From the IMG/VR virus record IMGVR_UViG_3300031949_000081, positions 1 through 42,932 of that record: 42,932 bases of DNA; one strand, given 5' to 3'. Of this stretch, positions 9,536 through 18,327 are shown piece by piece (within the stretch, counting starts at the first letter, position 1; the number at the start of each line of letters is the position of its first letter). The notes under the pieces were generated by a model. The model made no database searches and was not told the DNA's origin. It saw only the letters and a list, made by a program, of their open reading frames with translations. This DNA is from a virus (Duplodnaviria > Caudoviricetes). Made by a program: the position numbers and the translations under genes.

Positions 9536-11035
9536 TTAGACCCTTATGATGATCCTGGCCTTCTCGGTAGATACATCGGTCCGCGTAATGGGCTCGAAGT
9601 TGTCGAGATAGAAGATCTCTCCGCTGTTCTTGAGGAGCTGCGGATTATTTATGGCAGATATCGTCGCCACCGACGATGAGGTGTTGGACACTATAGTCTC
9701 GCTGTTGGCGAAGGTACCTCTCACGTCCCCGTATCTCAGGAGAGTGGTGTTCGACCAGAGGGCCGTGGCCGTGGCGCCCGACGTTTGGCCGGTTATGAGC
9801 TCTTTTGGTGCAGGAGGGCTCACGATACCTACGCCGAGTACGATCGTGGCGTACTCGAACTGTCTGAATTCTGAGTTTGAATATGCCGCCGAGTTGGCTA
9901 GGTGAAGAGGGGTAACGATTATTCCGGCGGTTCTGAACTCTATGTTCGACGGGATGGTGTCATTGTTCGACGTGGACACTGAGATGCACAACCTCCTCGA
10001 CACGAGTTCATCGAGAGGATCGCTGCCATGGCCCCCGGGGGGTCCGATGATCGGGGTGAACTCGGCTGACGAGTTGGAAAATGTCGGCGCGGCGTTGGCG
10101 GTGACGTCGGACCACGTGTAACTGCTGCCGGTGTTGATTATGGTGATTCCAGTGATGACTGCGGACGTGGTGTTCACCACCGAGTAAGCCTTGGCCCCCG
10201 TGCCGTCACCATCGATGATCATCCTGGGTGAGATGATATAGGCCGAGCCGAAGGATACGTCGTTCGCGGTATCGCCGAGGTTGATCCAGTTGCCTGTAGA
10301 GTTAGATACGTATGTAGTGATCGTGGACAGGTATCCGGCACCGTTGCCGGCGCTGACGTAGAAGCCCGATCCGTCGTAGACCCCGTTGGTGGAGATCGCC
10401 GAGGTGGCTATCCTGAGGAGGGTGTTGGAGATCTTCTCCTGCACGACGCCGGAATCCGTCGCCGTCCAGTTGTTCCCAGAAGTTGTGACGACGATGACGT
10501 CCAGGGCGCCGGGTACCGACTGATCCTGTATCGTGACGTTAGCCTCGAACGGGGTGAACGAGGAGTCCCCGAACTTATCGATCTTGGCCTGGGAGACGGT
10601 GTAGATATATTTCCACATATATCCGTCTGCCGTCGTGAACGGAACGTTGGCCACGCTCGTAGGCTTAGATGTGCTGGAGTTGCCATATCCGTTGAACAGG
10701 CACTTGTAGATCTTCCTCTCGTCGGTCGTGACGTAGTAGTCGATGGATTCAAGGTCGATGGTGTGGGTGTAGTAGGAGTAGACGGTATTCGATGTCCAGA
10801 AGTTCCTGTCCACCAGGAAGCACACGTCGTCCGATGCTATCTTTTTTCCGTAGATCATCTCGCGCCACGCCGCGTACGAGCTTTCCACCGCGGTGTTGGC
10901 CGCGGGTGCGTCTAGATCATTGGCCCACGTGGTGTACTTAGAATAGAAGACATAGGCGGAACCGTCGACGGTGAGTGTGTCGGAAAGTGACTCCAACATC
11001 TGGGTCCGAGTATATGTGGTGATCGTAGACGTCAA
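9536..11035 (-). CDS. gp8: Baseplate wedge subunit gp8
   Basis: W..MIYGKKI, YYVTTDERKIYKCL.N, TADGYMWKYIYTV, P.GGHGSDP..EL; gp6-gp7-gp8 synteny. Confidence 0.9.
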   Translation of the reverse strand: MTSTITTYTRTQMLESLSDTLTVDGSAYVFYSKYTTWANDLDAPAANTAVESSYAAWREMIYGKKIASDDVCFLVDRNFWTSNTVYSYYTHTIDLESIDYYVTTDERKIYKCLFNGYGNSSTSKPTSVANVPFTTADGYMWKYIYTVSQAKIDKFGDSSFTPFEANVTIQDQSVPGALDVIVVTTSGNNWTATDSGVVQEKISNTLLRIATSAISTNGVYDGSGFYVSAGNGAGYLSTITTYVSNSTGNWINLGDTANDVSFGSAYIISPRMIIDGDGTGAKAYSVVNTTSAVITGITIINTGSSYTWSDVTANAAPTFSNSSAEFTPIIGPPGGHGSDPLDELVSRRLCISVSTSNNDTIPSNIEFRTAGIIVTPLHLANSAAYSNSEFRQFEYATIVLGVGIVSPPAPKELITGQTSGATATALWSNTTLLRYGDVRGTFANSETIVSNTSSSVATISAINNPQLLKNSGEIFYLDNFEPITRTDVSTEKARIIIRV

Positions 11036-12804
11036 GACTGGGTGACCTCCGATGTCAGCGTAGACGGCTCTACGAGCTGATCACCGCCCATGATGGCGGT
11101 TCCAAACAACTCGACTCCCGCCGGGTGATAGACCCTCTTGATGAACTGCTCATACTTATCGAGAGACCTGCTCGTCCCGACGTCATATGAGTACTCCTGA
11201 TAGTAGAAGCTATCCTGGATGTATTTATCGGCATTGGTCATGCCTCTGGTGTCGATCCAGTCACCCGCCCCAGTACCTACCGCGGAGAGTACCACCGTGC
11301 CGGTTATCGTTACCTCATCTGTATCCCCGTGATAGAGCACCTCGCCCGCCTCCGTGGAGATCGGCGCCCCGTCCTCCATGGCCAGGACGTTGTTCTCGCT
11401 GTAATAGAAGGTGATCTCATCGCCATCTTCATAGCCGAAACCGGAGTCGAACACCCTGGCACCGACGATGACGTTTGTTCCTACGACGACCAGCGCGTCT
11501 ACCACGGCGTCCTCACCCCAGTAACCCCCGAGTCCGTCAGCAATACCGAGCTCGACGACCACTGCCTCGGTGACGTAGACGACCGCGTTATCGATGTATC
11601 CAGTGCCGTCGTCGACGGTGGCTATCGCCGTGATCGTGCCTGCGTTGAAGGAAACGAGGTCCTCCCAGTCGTAGATGAAGACGTCATCGTTGAGGGTAGC
11701 TCCCGATCCGGTGGTGATGATGACGTCTGACGCCTCGGTGAGGAGAGGATTGTCCGCCTCGGTGATGATGATCTGGTTGTAGAGGAAGGTCGCGTCTGTC
11801 AGAAGATCGCCGTCGTATGGCTGGATGGTGGTCGTGCCGTAGAAGAGGAGGCTCGTGTTGGAGATCTCGGTGATGGCGAAGGTCGCGCCGGTGCCTGGGA
11901 GGACGTCAATGTACTCAAAGTTCTCTGTCGTGATCGGAAAGTCGTCCTGGGTGAGCAGCGGGCCGGACACGACATCGACCTGTGAGGAGAGGGTGTAGCC
12001 GAACCCACCGAATAGGAGCTCGAACTCGACGACGCCGTCGCCGCGGCTTGATAGCTCGTTGGCCCTGGCCTCCAAGCCGAGCCCGTTGCCGAATGCGTCG
12101 AGCGCCCTGAACTTGTCTCCGATGGCCCTATCGCTGGGACCCGCCACATTGGTTATCGATCCCACAGACCCGATGATGACCGGGGCGTCGAAGATGTCCA
12201 CTTCTGAATGGGTCACCGATTCGTTGAGGGTGAAGTCTCCCTCGATGTTCGACAGGAAGAACACATACACCGGTCGTCCCTTGACCAATCTGACGACGTA
12301 GTCCTCGACGATGGCGGTGGCACCAGACGACGTTCCAGTGATGGCCTGTTGGAAAAAGCCTGGATTGCTGTCTGAGTACGAGATCTCCAGGTAGCGAGGT
12401 ATTTTCCACGTGGCGTCCGACGGCTTGATCATGTCCCGGCTGGGGATGTAGAGCTCGATCTCCTCCCCGTAGAGGAACCTGAAGAGAAGCCGGAGCCCCT
12501 CGATGCTTCCCTTGGAGCGGTAGATGTCGAGGATGTGCTTCTGCAGGAAGCGCTTGTCGCCGAGGCGCTCGACCGGGAGCCCCTCCATGTATTTTGCCAC
12601 GAAGTGCTTGAGGTACTCCTCCTCGGTGAGATCTACGTCCCTGTAGTCGAGCAACCGCCTGCTCTTGTAGGTCGGGCCCTCATCCTCCATCCACTGGTAG
12701 AAGGTCTTGGCAAACGCGATGAAGCGTGGTCCTTCCTCGAGATAGAACGAGGGAAACTGGGCGGGAACCGCGTAGGATGATTTCTTGAAGACGTCCTTGG
12801 ACAC
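11032..12804 (-). CDS. gp7: Baseplate wedge initiator gp7-like
   Basis: QFPSFY...F..F...FY.WME; YRSKGS.E....LFR.LYGE; IQDSFYYQEYSY; HPAG.ELFG. Confidence 0.8.
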   Translation of the reverse strand: MSKDVFKKSSYAVPAQFPSFYLEEGPRFIAFAKTFYQWMEDEGPTYKSRRLLDYRDVDLTEEEYLKHFVAKYMEGLPVERLGDKRFLQKHILDIYRSKGSIEGLRLLFRFLYGEEIELYIPSRDMIKPSDATWKIPRYLEISYSDSNPGFFQQAITGTSSGATAIVEDYVVRLVKGRPVYVFFLSNIEGDFTLNESVTHSEVDIFDAPVIIGSVGSITNVAGPSDRAIGDKFRALDAFGNGLGLEARANELSSRGDGVVEFELLFGGFGYTLSSQVDVVSGPLLTQDDFPITTENFEYIDVLPGTGATFAITEISNTSLLFYGTTTIQPYDGDLLTDATFLYNQIIITEADNPLLTEASDVIITTGSGATLNDDVFIYDWEDLVSFNAGTITAIATVDDGTGYIDNAVVYVTEAVVVELGIADGLGGYWGEDAVVDALVVVGTNVIVGARVFDSGFGYEDGDEITFYYSENNVLAMEDGAPISTEAGEVLYHGDTDEVTITGTVVLSAVGTGAGDWIDTRGMTNADKYIQDSFYYQEYSYDVGTSRSLDKYEQFIKRVYHPAGVELFGTAIMGGDQLVEPSTLTSEVTQS

Positions 12805-14613
12805 CTAGTCCTCCGCCGCGGTCATGGTTACCGTGATGTCAGCCTCGTCGAGCGATAGGAACAGGTTGGCCCTGACGCTGACGTCGCTCTTCTCTGGGAC
12901 GGCGTAGATCTTTATCCTGGTGTCATAGGAATAGATGTTGGCGGATATCGTCAGACCCCCGGTATCGTAGTCGATTGATCCGACGTTGTTCTCGAGGACG
13001 ACCAGGGTGCCGTCGTCCTGGATGGCGTAGAGAAAGAGCGTCCCGTCTCCGTCGTCCTTGATGAGTGAGTCGTAGTTGATGCCGTTCTTCCTGTAGACGA
13101 ACGGGGAGGTGTAGACGATGGCATCGTGATTCTCTGGGTCGGATGTTCTCGTCTCGTCCTTGAGTTCGTTGCCGAAGGAGAACACGAGTGACTGTGTGCT
13201 TCCCGTCTGCGGGCGCCACCTCTTGATGAGCTGGACGCGGGTGTCGTTGGACACGATGGAGTCGTCGGCATCATCGATAGCGGACGCCAGTCTGGAGAGT
13301 CTCAAGTCGATACCGAAGTCGTCGAGGTTATTCGCCGAGTAGTCGGTGATCGCCTCTATCGCCAATACCCTCACCTGTTCGCGGGTCTTGCTGGTGGACT
13401 GCTCGTCGTAGACTACGTCGCTGTCGATCTTGATGTACATGAACTCGGCGTCTACGATGATCGGCTCGGTGACGATGTTCTTACCGGTGAGATAGGCAAC
13501 GACGTCTCCCTTGAGCTGGTCGCTGATGATCTCCGCCCCGAATGGCTTGATCGACAGGATGACCTTTCCGTACTGCTTAGGTGTGACCTCTTCTCCTCCG
13601 TAGACCGCTACGGCTTCGAACTGGGGAAACCTTTCCCTGACCAGGTTCTCGAAGTCGGTCTTGATGACCGCCCGCTCCTGGGTGGTGAAGTGTCGTGGGG
13701 CGTAGAAGCGGATGGAGTCGAGTGACTCCTCCTCCGATCCTCCGTAGGATCTTATGATGGTGTCGATCGACGAGACCTCGAAGCCCTCCACCTCAGTGTC
13801 CGTGCTGAAGACGAAGGAGCCGTTGGGTTCTGATCCTGAGGAGTCACGATAGAACACCCGGACGAGGTTGCCTGAATCGAGCGACTGTCCGAGCACGCCG
13901 TCGCCGAAGACGAGCTCGTAGCGCCCGTCGTATGCACCCTGGAGGAAGAAGACGGTGTCCGCGTTGGTGACGCCGAAGAGGTTGAGAGCCCTGGTGAACT
14001 CCACGTTGGCGGTGTCTGTGTTTGACGTCTGTACGTAGACCTCTATGCTGTCGATGTCGACATTGGCCGACTGGAGCACGTACTTAGAGGACGTGTTGAC
14101 GGTGAACACCTCCCTGACGAGTTGTCCTTCGAAGACGTCTACGTTGGCGGATGTGTATGCCCCGAGGTCGTCCGCCGTGATGACGAGCGCCTCGTTGGTG
14201 AGGAACTGATAGGAGATCTCTTGCCCGGTGGTATCGACCATGCTGGTCGACACCACGAAGTACTTGGGGACGGTGACGCTGCTGGGTGCCGAGTTGCCGA
14301 CGTCAATCGTCAGCGTAACGGACGCCCTCGAGGAAGACCTACTCCTAGGAACGTAGTTGAGTTCCTTAGCGTGCGAGAAGAGGGAGTCCCTGAGCTGGGC
14401 GGTATCGACCCACATCTCCGAACCTACCATGTTGAGGTAGTGGGCCTCGAGATGGGAGTTCCACGCCAGGACGTCGAGGAGGACGCTCATGTTAGAGCCC
14501 TCGAAGTCATAGTCCCTGAGGATGTCCTGCTGCGACAGAAACGTCTTCATCGCTTCCCGGAGGGAGATGTAGTCGAGTTCTGATAGCTGCAGGAATCCCC
14601 GATTGATTGTCAT
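12805..14613 (-). CDS. gp6: Baseplate wedge subunit gp6
   Basis: ELDY..LRE....FL...DYDFEGSNMSVLLDVLAWN; FGDGVLG; GGSEEES.DSIRFYAP; QERAV...DF. Confidence 0.95.
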   Translation of the reverse strand: MTINRGFLQLSELDYISLREAMKTFLSQQDILRDYDFEGSNMSVLLDVLAWNSHLEAHYLNMVGSEMWVDTAQLRDSLFSHAKELNYVPRSRSSSRASVTLTIDVGNSAPSSVTVPKYFVVSTSMVDTTGQEISYQFLTNEALVITADDLGAYTSANVDVFEGQLVREVFTVNTSSKYVLQSANVDIDSIEVYVQTSNTDTANVEFTRALNLFGVTNADTVFFLQGAYDGRYELVFGDGVLGQSLDSGNLVRVFYRDSSGSEPNGSFVFSTDTEVEGFEVSSIDTIIRSYGGSEEESLDSIRFYAPRHFTTQERAVIKTDFENLVRERFPQFEAVAVYGGEEVTPKQYGKVILSIKPFGAEIISDQLKGDVVAYLTGKNIVTEPIIVDAEFMYIKIDSDVVYDEQSTSKTREQVRVLAIEAITDYSANNLDDFGIDLRLSRLASAIDDADDSIVSNDTRVQLIKRWRPQTGSTQSLVFSFGNELKDETRTSDPENHDAIVYTSPFVYRKNGINYDSLIKDDGDGTLFLYAIQDDGTLVVLENNVGSIDYDTGGLTISANIYSYDTRIKIYAVPEKSDVSVRANLFLSLDEADITVTMTAAED

Positions 14614-14614
14614 G

Positions 14615-14839
14615 TTATGTCTGTAGTCCTACGTAGATCGCGGCCAATATGAAGTACACCAGGTATAGGCCCCACACGATGGCCGTTCCACCGATCATGA
14701 TGATGAATCCAAAGGACGCCTCGGCCGCCCCGTCGGGTCCGTTGCCTGGATTAACAAGCGTCCAGAGGAACGGAAGGGAGAGGATTATGTTGAGGAGGAG
14801 TGGCACCAGCCACGCGTGTTCTGCGAGCCAGCTCATCAT
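14615..14839 (-). CDS. Small two-TM membrane protein
   Basis: MMSWLAEHAWLVPLLLNIILSLPFLW...FGFIIMIGGTAIVWGLYLVYFILAAIYV; ATG at 14839 coupled by ATGA overlap (ORF track extends to 14908). Confidence 0.65.
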   Translation of the reverse strand: MMSWLAEHAWLVPLLLNIILSLPFLWTLVNPGNGPDGAAEASFGFIIMIGGTAIVWGLYLVYFILAAIYVGLQT

Positions 14840-14949
14840 GCTATCCAATATCCCATGGTGAAGCCGAAGCCTATGAATAGGATCGCCATTGCTATCATCG
14901 GGGAACACCCGCCGAGGCCTGGGATCCCATCGCTGTCGCCTGCGTTCAT
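14836..14949 (-). CDS. 37-aa single-TM peptide
   Basis: MNAGDSDGIPGLGGCSPMIAMAILFIGFGFTMGYWIA; ATGA overlaps at both ends; below the ORF-track cut-off. Confidence 0.6.
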   Translation of the reverse strand: MNAGDSDGIPGLGGCSPMIAMAILFIGFGFTMGYWIA

Positions 14950-15353
14950 CTGATTCTCCTTATGAGTTCATTGAGTTCGACCACATCCGGCAAGTTAACG
15001 ATACCGAACTTTACCGTGGCCGAGTATGAGTTCTGGTCTGGTTCTACGCGGACCCTGACGCTTATCAGGTTGGCCCGCGGCTCGAAGTTGGTGATGGTCG
15101 TGATGATCGAATCGCGGATCAGCTCGGCGGTGACCGGGCTGACGTTCTCGAACAGGTACTTCTGGAGGCCCGACCCGATGTGAGGCCTGAACCGCCTCTC
15201 GTATCTTCCCGTGAAGAGTAAGGATCTGACGGCCCGTTTGACCGCCGACGCGTTCGTGCTGAGTGCGACGTCGCCCGATAGAGGGTGCTCATCTAACCCA
15301 ACCTTGAAGTCTGAATATCGGGTTCGGACCCGCTGGAGCTCGGTCGTTGCCAT
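14946..15353 (-). CDS. gp25: Baseplate wedge subunit gp25
   Basis: YSDF...HP..GDV...N..AVKRAVR.L..T..YER.F.P.IGS.L..YLFE...NFEPR. Confidence 0.93.
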   Translation of the reverse strand: MATTELQRVRTRYSDFKVGLDEHPLSGDVALSTNASAVKRAVRSLLFTGRYERRFRPHIGSGLQKYLFENVSPVTAELIRDSIITTITNFEPRANLISVRVRVEPDQNSYSATVKFGIVNLPDVVELNELIRRIR

Positions 15354-15360
15354 CACAGAC

Positions 15361-15368
15361 TATTTATT
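15361..15368 (-). promoter_or_regulatory. T4-type late promoter (AATAAATA) for the gp25-gp6-gp7-gp8 operon
   Basis: 7/8 match to TATAAATA immediately upstream of gp25; the ATAAATA core recurs before other operons. Confidence 0.75.
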
Positions 15369-15395
15369 GACATTCGAGGTCCTATGTGATACAGT
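15367..15395 (+). promoter_or_regulatory. Sigma70-type early promoter TTGACA-N17-TACAGT
   Basis: Perfect -35, 17-nt spacer, TGn extended -10; AGGAGG SD and ATG at 15424 follow. Confidence 0.85.
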
Positions 15396-15423
15396 GTTCA
15401 ATGTTGCAAAAGGAGGATTCCCG

Positions 15424-15720
15424 ATGGAAATCTTTAACCCTGATAAGTTAATGCGGCTTGGGATGCCCGAGGATTTGACCCTCGGGGAGACTAGAGACTT
15501 CATCCTCAGCTTACCTGAGTTCAAGAACCTGGCCGACCTATCAAAGAGATCCAACGCCAAGATGCGTGTTAGATTCATGAGGCGTTCAGATGATACTGAA
15601 TTGCCGGACACCATGCACCTCACCGAGTTTCGGGCCCTGGTATCTAAGGACCTAGCGTTCATCTCTATGGATGACGAAGGCGGCGGGACGAGAACCAAGG
15701 CGCTTGAGCCGACATATTGA
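15424..15720 (+). CDS. Hypothetical early protein (98 aa)
   Basis: SD AGGAGG before ATG 15424 (MEIFNPDKL...); ORF track overextends to 15211. Confidence 0.75.
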   Translation: MEIFNPDKLMRLGMPEDLTLGETRDFILSLPEFKNLADLSKRSNAKMRVRFMRRSDDTELPDTMHLTEFRALVSKDLAFISMDDEGGGTRTKALEPTY

Positions 15721-15745
15721 CATCCATGGTCGTGTGTGTTACAGT
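15717..15745 (+). promoter_or_regulatory. Sigma70-type early promoter TTGACA-N17-TACAGT
   Basis: Same -35/-10 hexamers and spacing as 15367; AGGAGGAG SD follows. Confidence 0.85.
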
Positions 15746-15772
15746 GGAACAATGTAGGAGGAGAGCTACGCC

Positions 15773-16966
15773 ATGATGGCTAAGGTCTATCACGAGGACC
15801 CATATATCAAGTATCGCAACCTTCACGACGTCATGGACGCCGCGAATGAGTTCGTCGATCAGTGGAACCACGATCGACTCGGGGTAGGGGTGACAACCCA
15901 TCCACACCTCGACAAGGATCCCATCGACGTGGTCTTAGAGAGGATCCTTCGAGCGTGCGGGAAGAAAGTGAGGAAGGTCGTCCACTTTACTTCCCCTGCC
16001 GCGGCAGAGACCGCCCACGTGATGTTGCCGGAGGCTAAGAGACACCCCAGCGTTAGGCTCCCGATCAAACCCATAAGTAACGCCCACCAGATACTCCGGC
16101 GCTTTCTCGACGATAAGATAACGGACTACACGATGAGCACCGCGCAGATCATCTCTCGTGTGAGCGAAGGAACTAACCGCGGCTCCGCGGCCAGGGCCAT
16201 GATGCTCGCGGTGAGATCAGCCATCGGCTCCGGTGAGTTCTTCACCACAGGCTATCGGCCATTCGAATCGATAGCGGCCCAGACGCTGAGGAAAAATGGG
16301 GTGGCCATCTCCGGCAACGCCAGGGAGCGGCGATACAGCGGATTCGGCACCCACTTGATCGAGTGGACCGATTTTTCGATGGTGGCCTTCGCCATGCACC
16401 TCGGCCTCGGCCTCGGCAAGTACACCCCCCTCTTCAGGGACATCGAGCAACTTCAGCGGCGCGGGATGTTCTGGATGGCATATGACAAGGACATCCTCAT
16501 CTCCGAGCGACCCCAGAGGGTCAGGATCAACAACGACGGGGTCCTACACGACCCCAAGGGCCCGGCACTCAGGTACTCGGACGGTTGGGAGCTCTACTTC
16601 TGGAACGGAACTCAGATACCTAAGTTCTGGATAACCAACCCAGAGACACTCGAGCCACTTACCGCCCTGACCTGGGAGAACCTCGAGCAGCGCCGGGTCG
16701 CGGTCGAGATACTTGGTTGGTCCCGCATCTTGACCGCGCTCAAGGCCAGGGTGATCGACGAAGACGGAGACCCACTCATCGGGACGCTCCTCGAGGTCCA
16801 GCTCCCAGGTCTCCTGGTGCGATCGCGATTCTGCAAGGTCAAGTGCGGGACCGGGCGCGACTTCGCCATCGGGGTCCCACCACACATCAACACCGCCATG
16901 GAGGCCCAGGCGTGGATGCAGGGCGTCACACTCCAGGACTTCGTGAAACCTGAGGTGAGGTCATGA
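15773..16966 (+). CDS. DUF6745-like domain protein (paralog 1)
   Basis: SERP.......GVLH...GPAL.YSDGW..YFWNG..IP...EN.EQRRV..E..GW C-terminal domain. Confidence 0.8.
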   Translation: MMAKVYHEDPYIKYRNLHDVMDAANEFVDQWNHDRLGVGVTTHPHLDKDPIDVVLERILRACGKKVRKVVHFTSPAAAETAHVMLPEAKRHPSVRLPIKPISNAHQILRRFLDDKITDYTMSTAQIISRVSEGTNRGSAARAMMLAVRSAIGSGEFFTTGYRPFESIAAQTLRKNGVAISGNARERRYSGFGTHLIEWTDFSMVAFAMHLGLGLGKYTPLFRDIEQLQRRGMFWMAYDKDILISERPQRVRINNDGVLHDPKGPALRYSDGWELYFWNGTQIPKFWITNPETLEPLTALTWENLEQRRVAVEILGWSRILTALKARVIDEDGDPLIGTLLEVQLPGLLVRSRFCKVKCGTGRDFAIGVPPHINTAMEAQAWMQGVTLQDFVKPEVRS

Positions 16967-17241
16967 ATCCCGAATTAGAACACGAGAAGCTCCTACTCGA
17001 AAACGGGGGCCATCTCACCGTCCATGGCCCTGGCAAGTGCACATATATCCTGCGCGGCCTCGTGGCGAATGGCTTCTTTCGGTTAGTTGAACAGAAACCT
17101 GCAATCCAAGGACATGCCCGGTTGGCCATCACGGAGGAAGGCCGAGAGCGCCTAATGAAATTAAACGGGTACGGCGGAGGCGCAGGTGGCCGGAGCGGGT
17201 TCCGGTGGGGCCGCGGTCGGCTAACGGGATGGAGTTCCTAA
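16963..17241 (+). CDS. Mini winged-helix-like protein
   Basis: LRGLVANGFFRL...LAITEEGRERL; ATGA overlap with the upstream gene. Confidence 0.65.
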   Translation: MNPELEHEKLLLENGGHLTVHGPGKCTYILRGLVANGFFRLVEQKPAIQGHARLAITEEGRERLMKLNGYGGGAGGRSGFRWGRGRLTGWSS

Positions 17242-17243
17242 CG

Positions 17244-17543
17244 ATGGGGACTAGCGACGCGCCCATCATGCCGTTCATATTAGACGAGTTGATTTTCCTC
17301 CAAATGAGTATACCGAGGTGTTCTTTCTTTGCCCACCCGCACACCAGGAGGCGCGTGCTGGACTCCCTCTTGAACGGATACGTGGCACTAGAATACTGTC
17401 CTCCCTTATCTTTCCCTTTCCAAAATGCCTCTGCTTTAAGTGTCGTTCACGTTTCCTGCACCGCGGAGGGGATACGACGAATAGAAGAGATAAAACTGAG
17501 GAGCGCAAATGACCACATTCTTCATATCAGACACGCACTTTAG
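17244..17543 (+). CDS. Mini winged-helix-like protein
   Basis: LDSLLNGYVAL...VSCTAEGIRRI; start uncertain (17229, 17244 or 17268). Confidence 0.55.
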   Translation: MGTSDAPIMPFILDELIFLQMSIPRCSFFAHPHTRRRVLDSLLNGYVALEYCPPLSFPFQNASALSVVHVSCTAEGIRRIEEIKLRSANDHILHIRHAL

Positions 17544-18030
17544 CCATGGCAAGATAATCAAGCTGGCTAACCGTCCCTATGCCTCGATCGACGAGATGGA
17601 CGCCGACATGATCTATCGCTGGAACCAGGAGGTCAGCAACTCGGATCACGTCTGGTTCCTTGGTGATTTCTCTTATAAGTCAGACAACCCGAGGAAGTAC
17701 TTCGACCAGCTGAACGGCAGGAAATCCCTCGTCGTCGGCAACCACGATGGAAACGAGACCCGCTCCCTCCCGTGGCTCAGGATAGAACACACGGTCATCG
17801 AGCAGATCGGCGGTCAGTGGTTCCACCTTCACCACTACCCGCTCAGGGAGTGGCAGGGTTTCTACAAGGGGACGATACACCTGCACGGGCACACGCACGG
17901 AAAGATACCGGACGTCCCAGGCTCCATCGACGTCGGCGTCGAGAGGATGAACTACGCACCGATAGACCTATACTCGGTCATCAAGAGGGAAGCTGGGTGG
18001 AAAGAGAGGAAAGATGTTAAGCTCGCGTGA
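17509..18030 (+). CDS. Calcineurin-like metallophosphoesterase
   Basis: Complete motif set: SDTHFSH, LGDFS, GNHD, HYP, HGHTH, DVGVE. Confidence 0.92.
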   Translation: MTTFFISDTHFSHGKIIKLANRPYASIDEMDADMIYRWNQEVSNSDHVWFLGDFSYKSDNPRKYFDQLNGRKSLVVGNHDGNETRSLPWLRIEHTVIEQIGGQWFHLHHYPLREWQGFYKGTIHLHGHTHGKIPDVPGSIDVGVERMNYAPIDLYSVIKREAGWKERKDVKLA

Positions 18031-18109
18031 CTATGCCGTGATGTTGGTGGGTCAGATGCTCGGCCTGTTCATCGGCGGCGGGATATTGTACCTTGTGCAC
18101 CTACTATGA
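18014..18109 (+). CDS. 31-aa single-TM peptide
   Basis: MLSSRDYAVMLVGQMLGLFIGGGILYLVHLL; GAGGA SD; ATGA overlap with the next gene; not in ORF track. Confidence 0.55.
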   Translation: MLSSRDYAVMLVGQMLGLFIGGGILYLVHLL

Positions 18110-18327
18110 CCAAGTTGATACCACGACCCGTTGACCTAACGGACTCGCAGGCCCTGGCGCTGAGGTGGCTGAAGTGCCATAACGGGGACGGCGGGTTTGA
18201 CAAGAACGGAGTCCTCATTGCGGCCGGGGAGAAGGCGCCGTTCATGAGATCGACTTGGAACGTACTGGCGCAGCGCGGCCTCGTCGAAATCTACGACAAG
18301 AAGCGACTGAGGGTGCTCCACCTATGA
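18106..18327 (+). CDS. Small protein, winged-helix-like (shortened)
   Basis: LTDSQALALRWL...TWNVLAQRGLVEI; lacks the final T-x-x-G. Confidence 0.6.
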   Translation: MTKLIPRPVDLTDSQALALRWLKCHNGDGGFDKNGVLIAAGEKAPFMRSTWNVLAQRGLVEIYDKKRLRVLHL

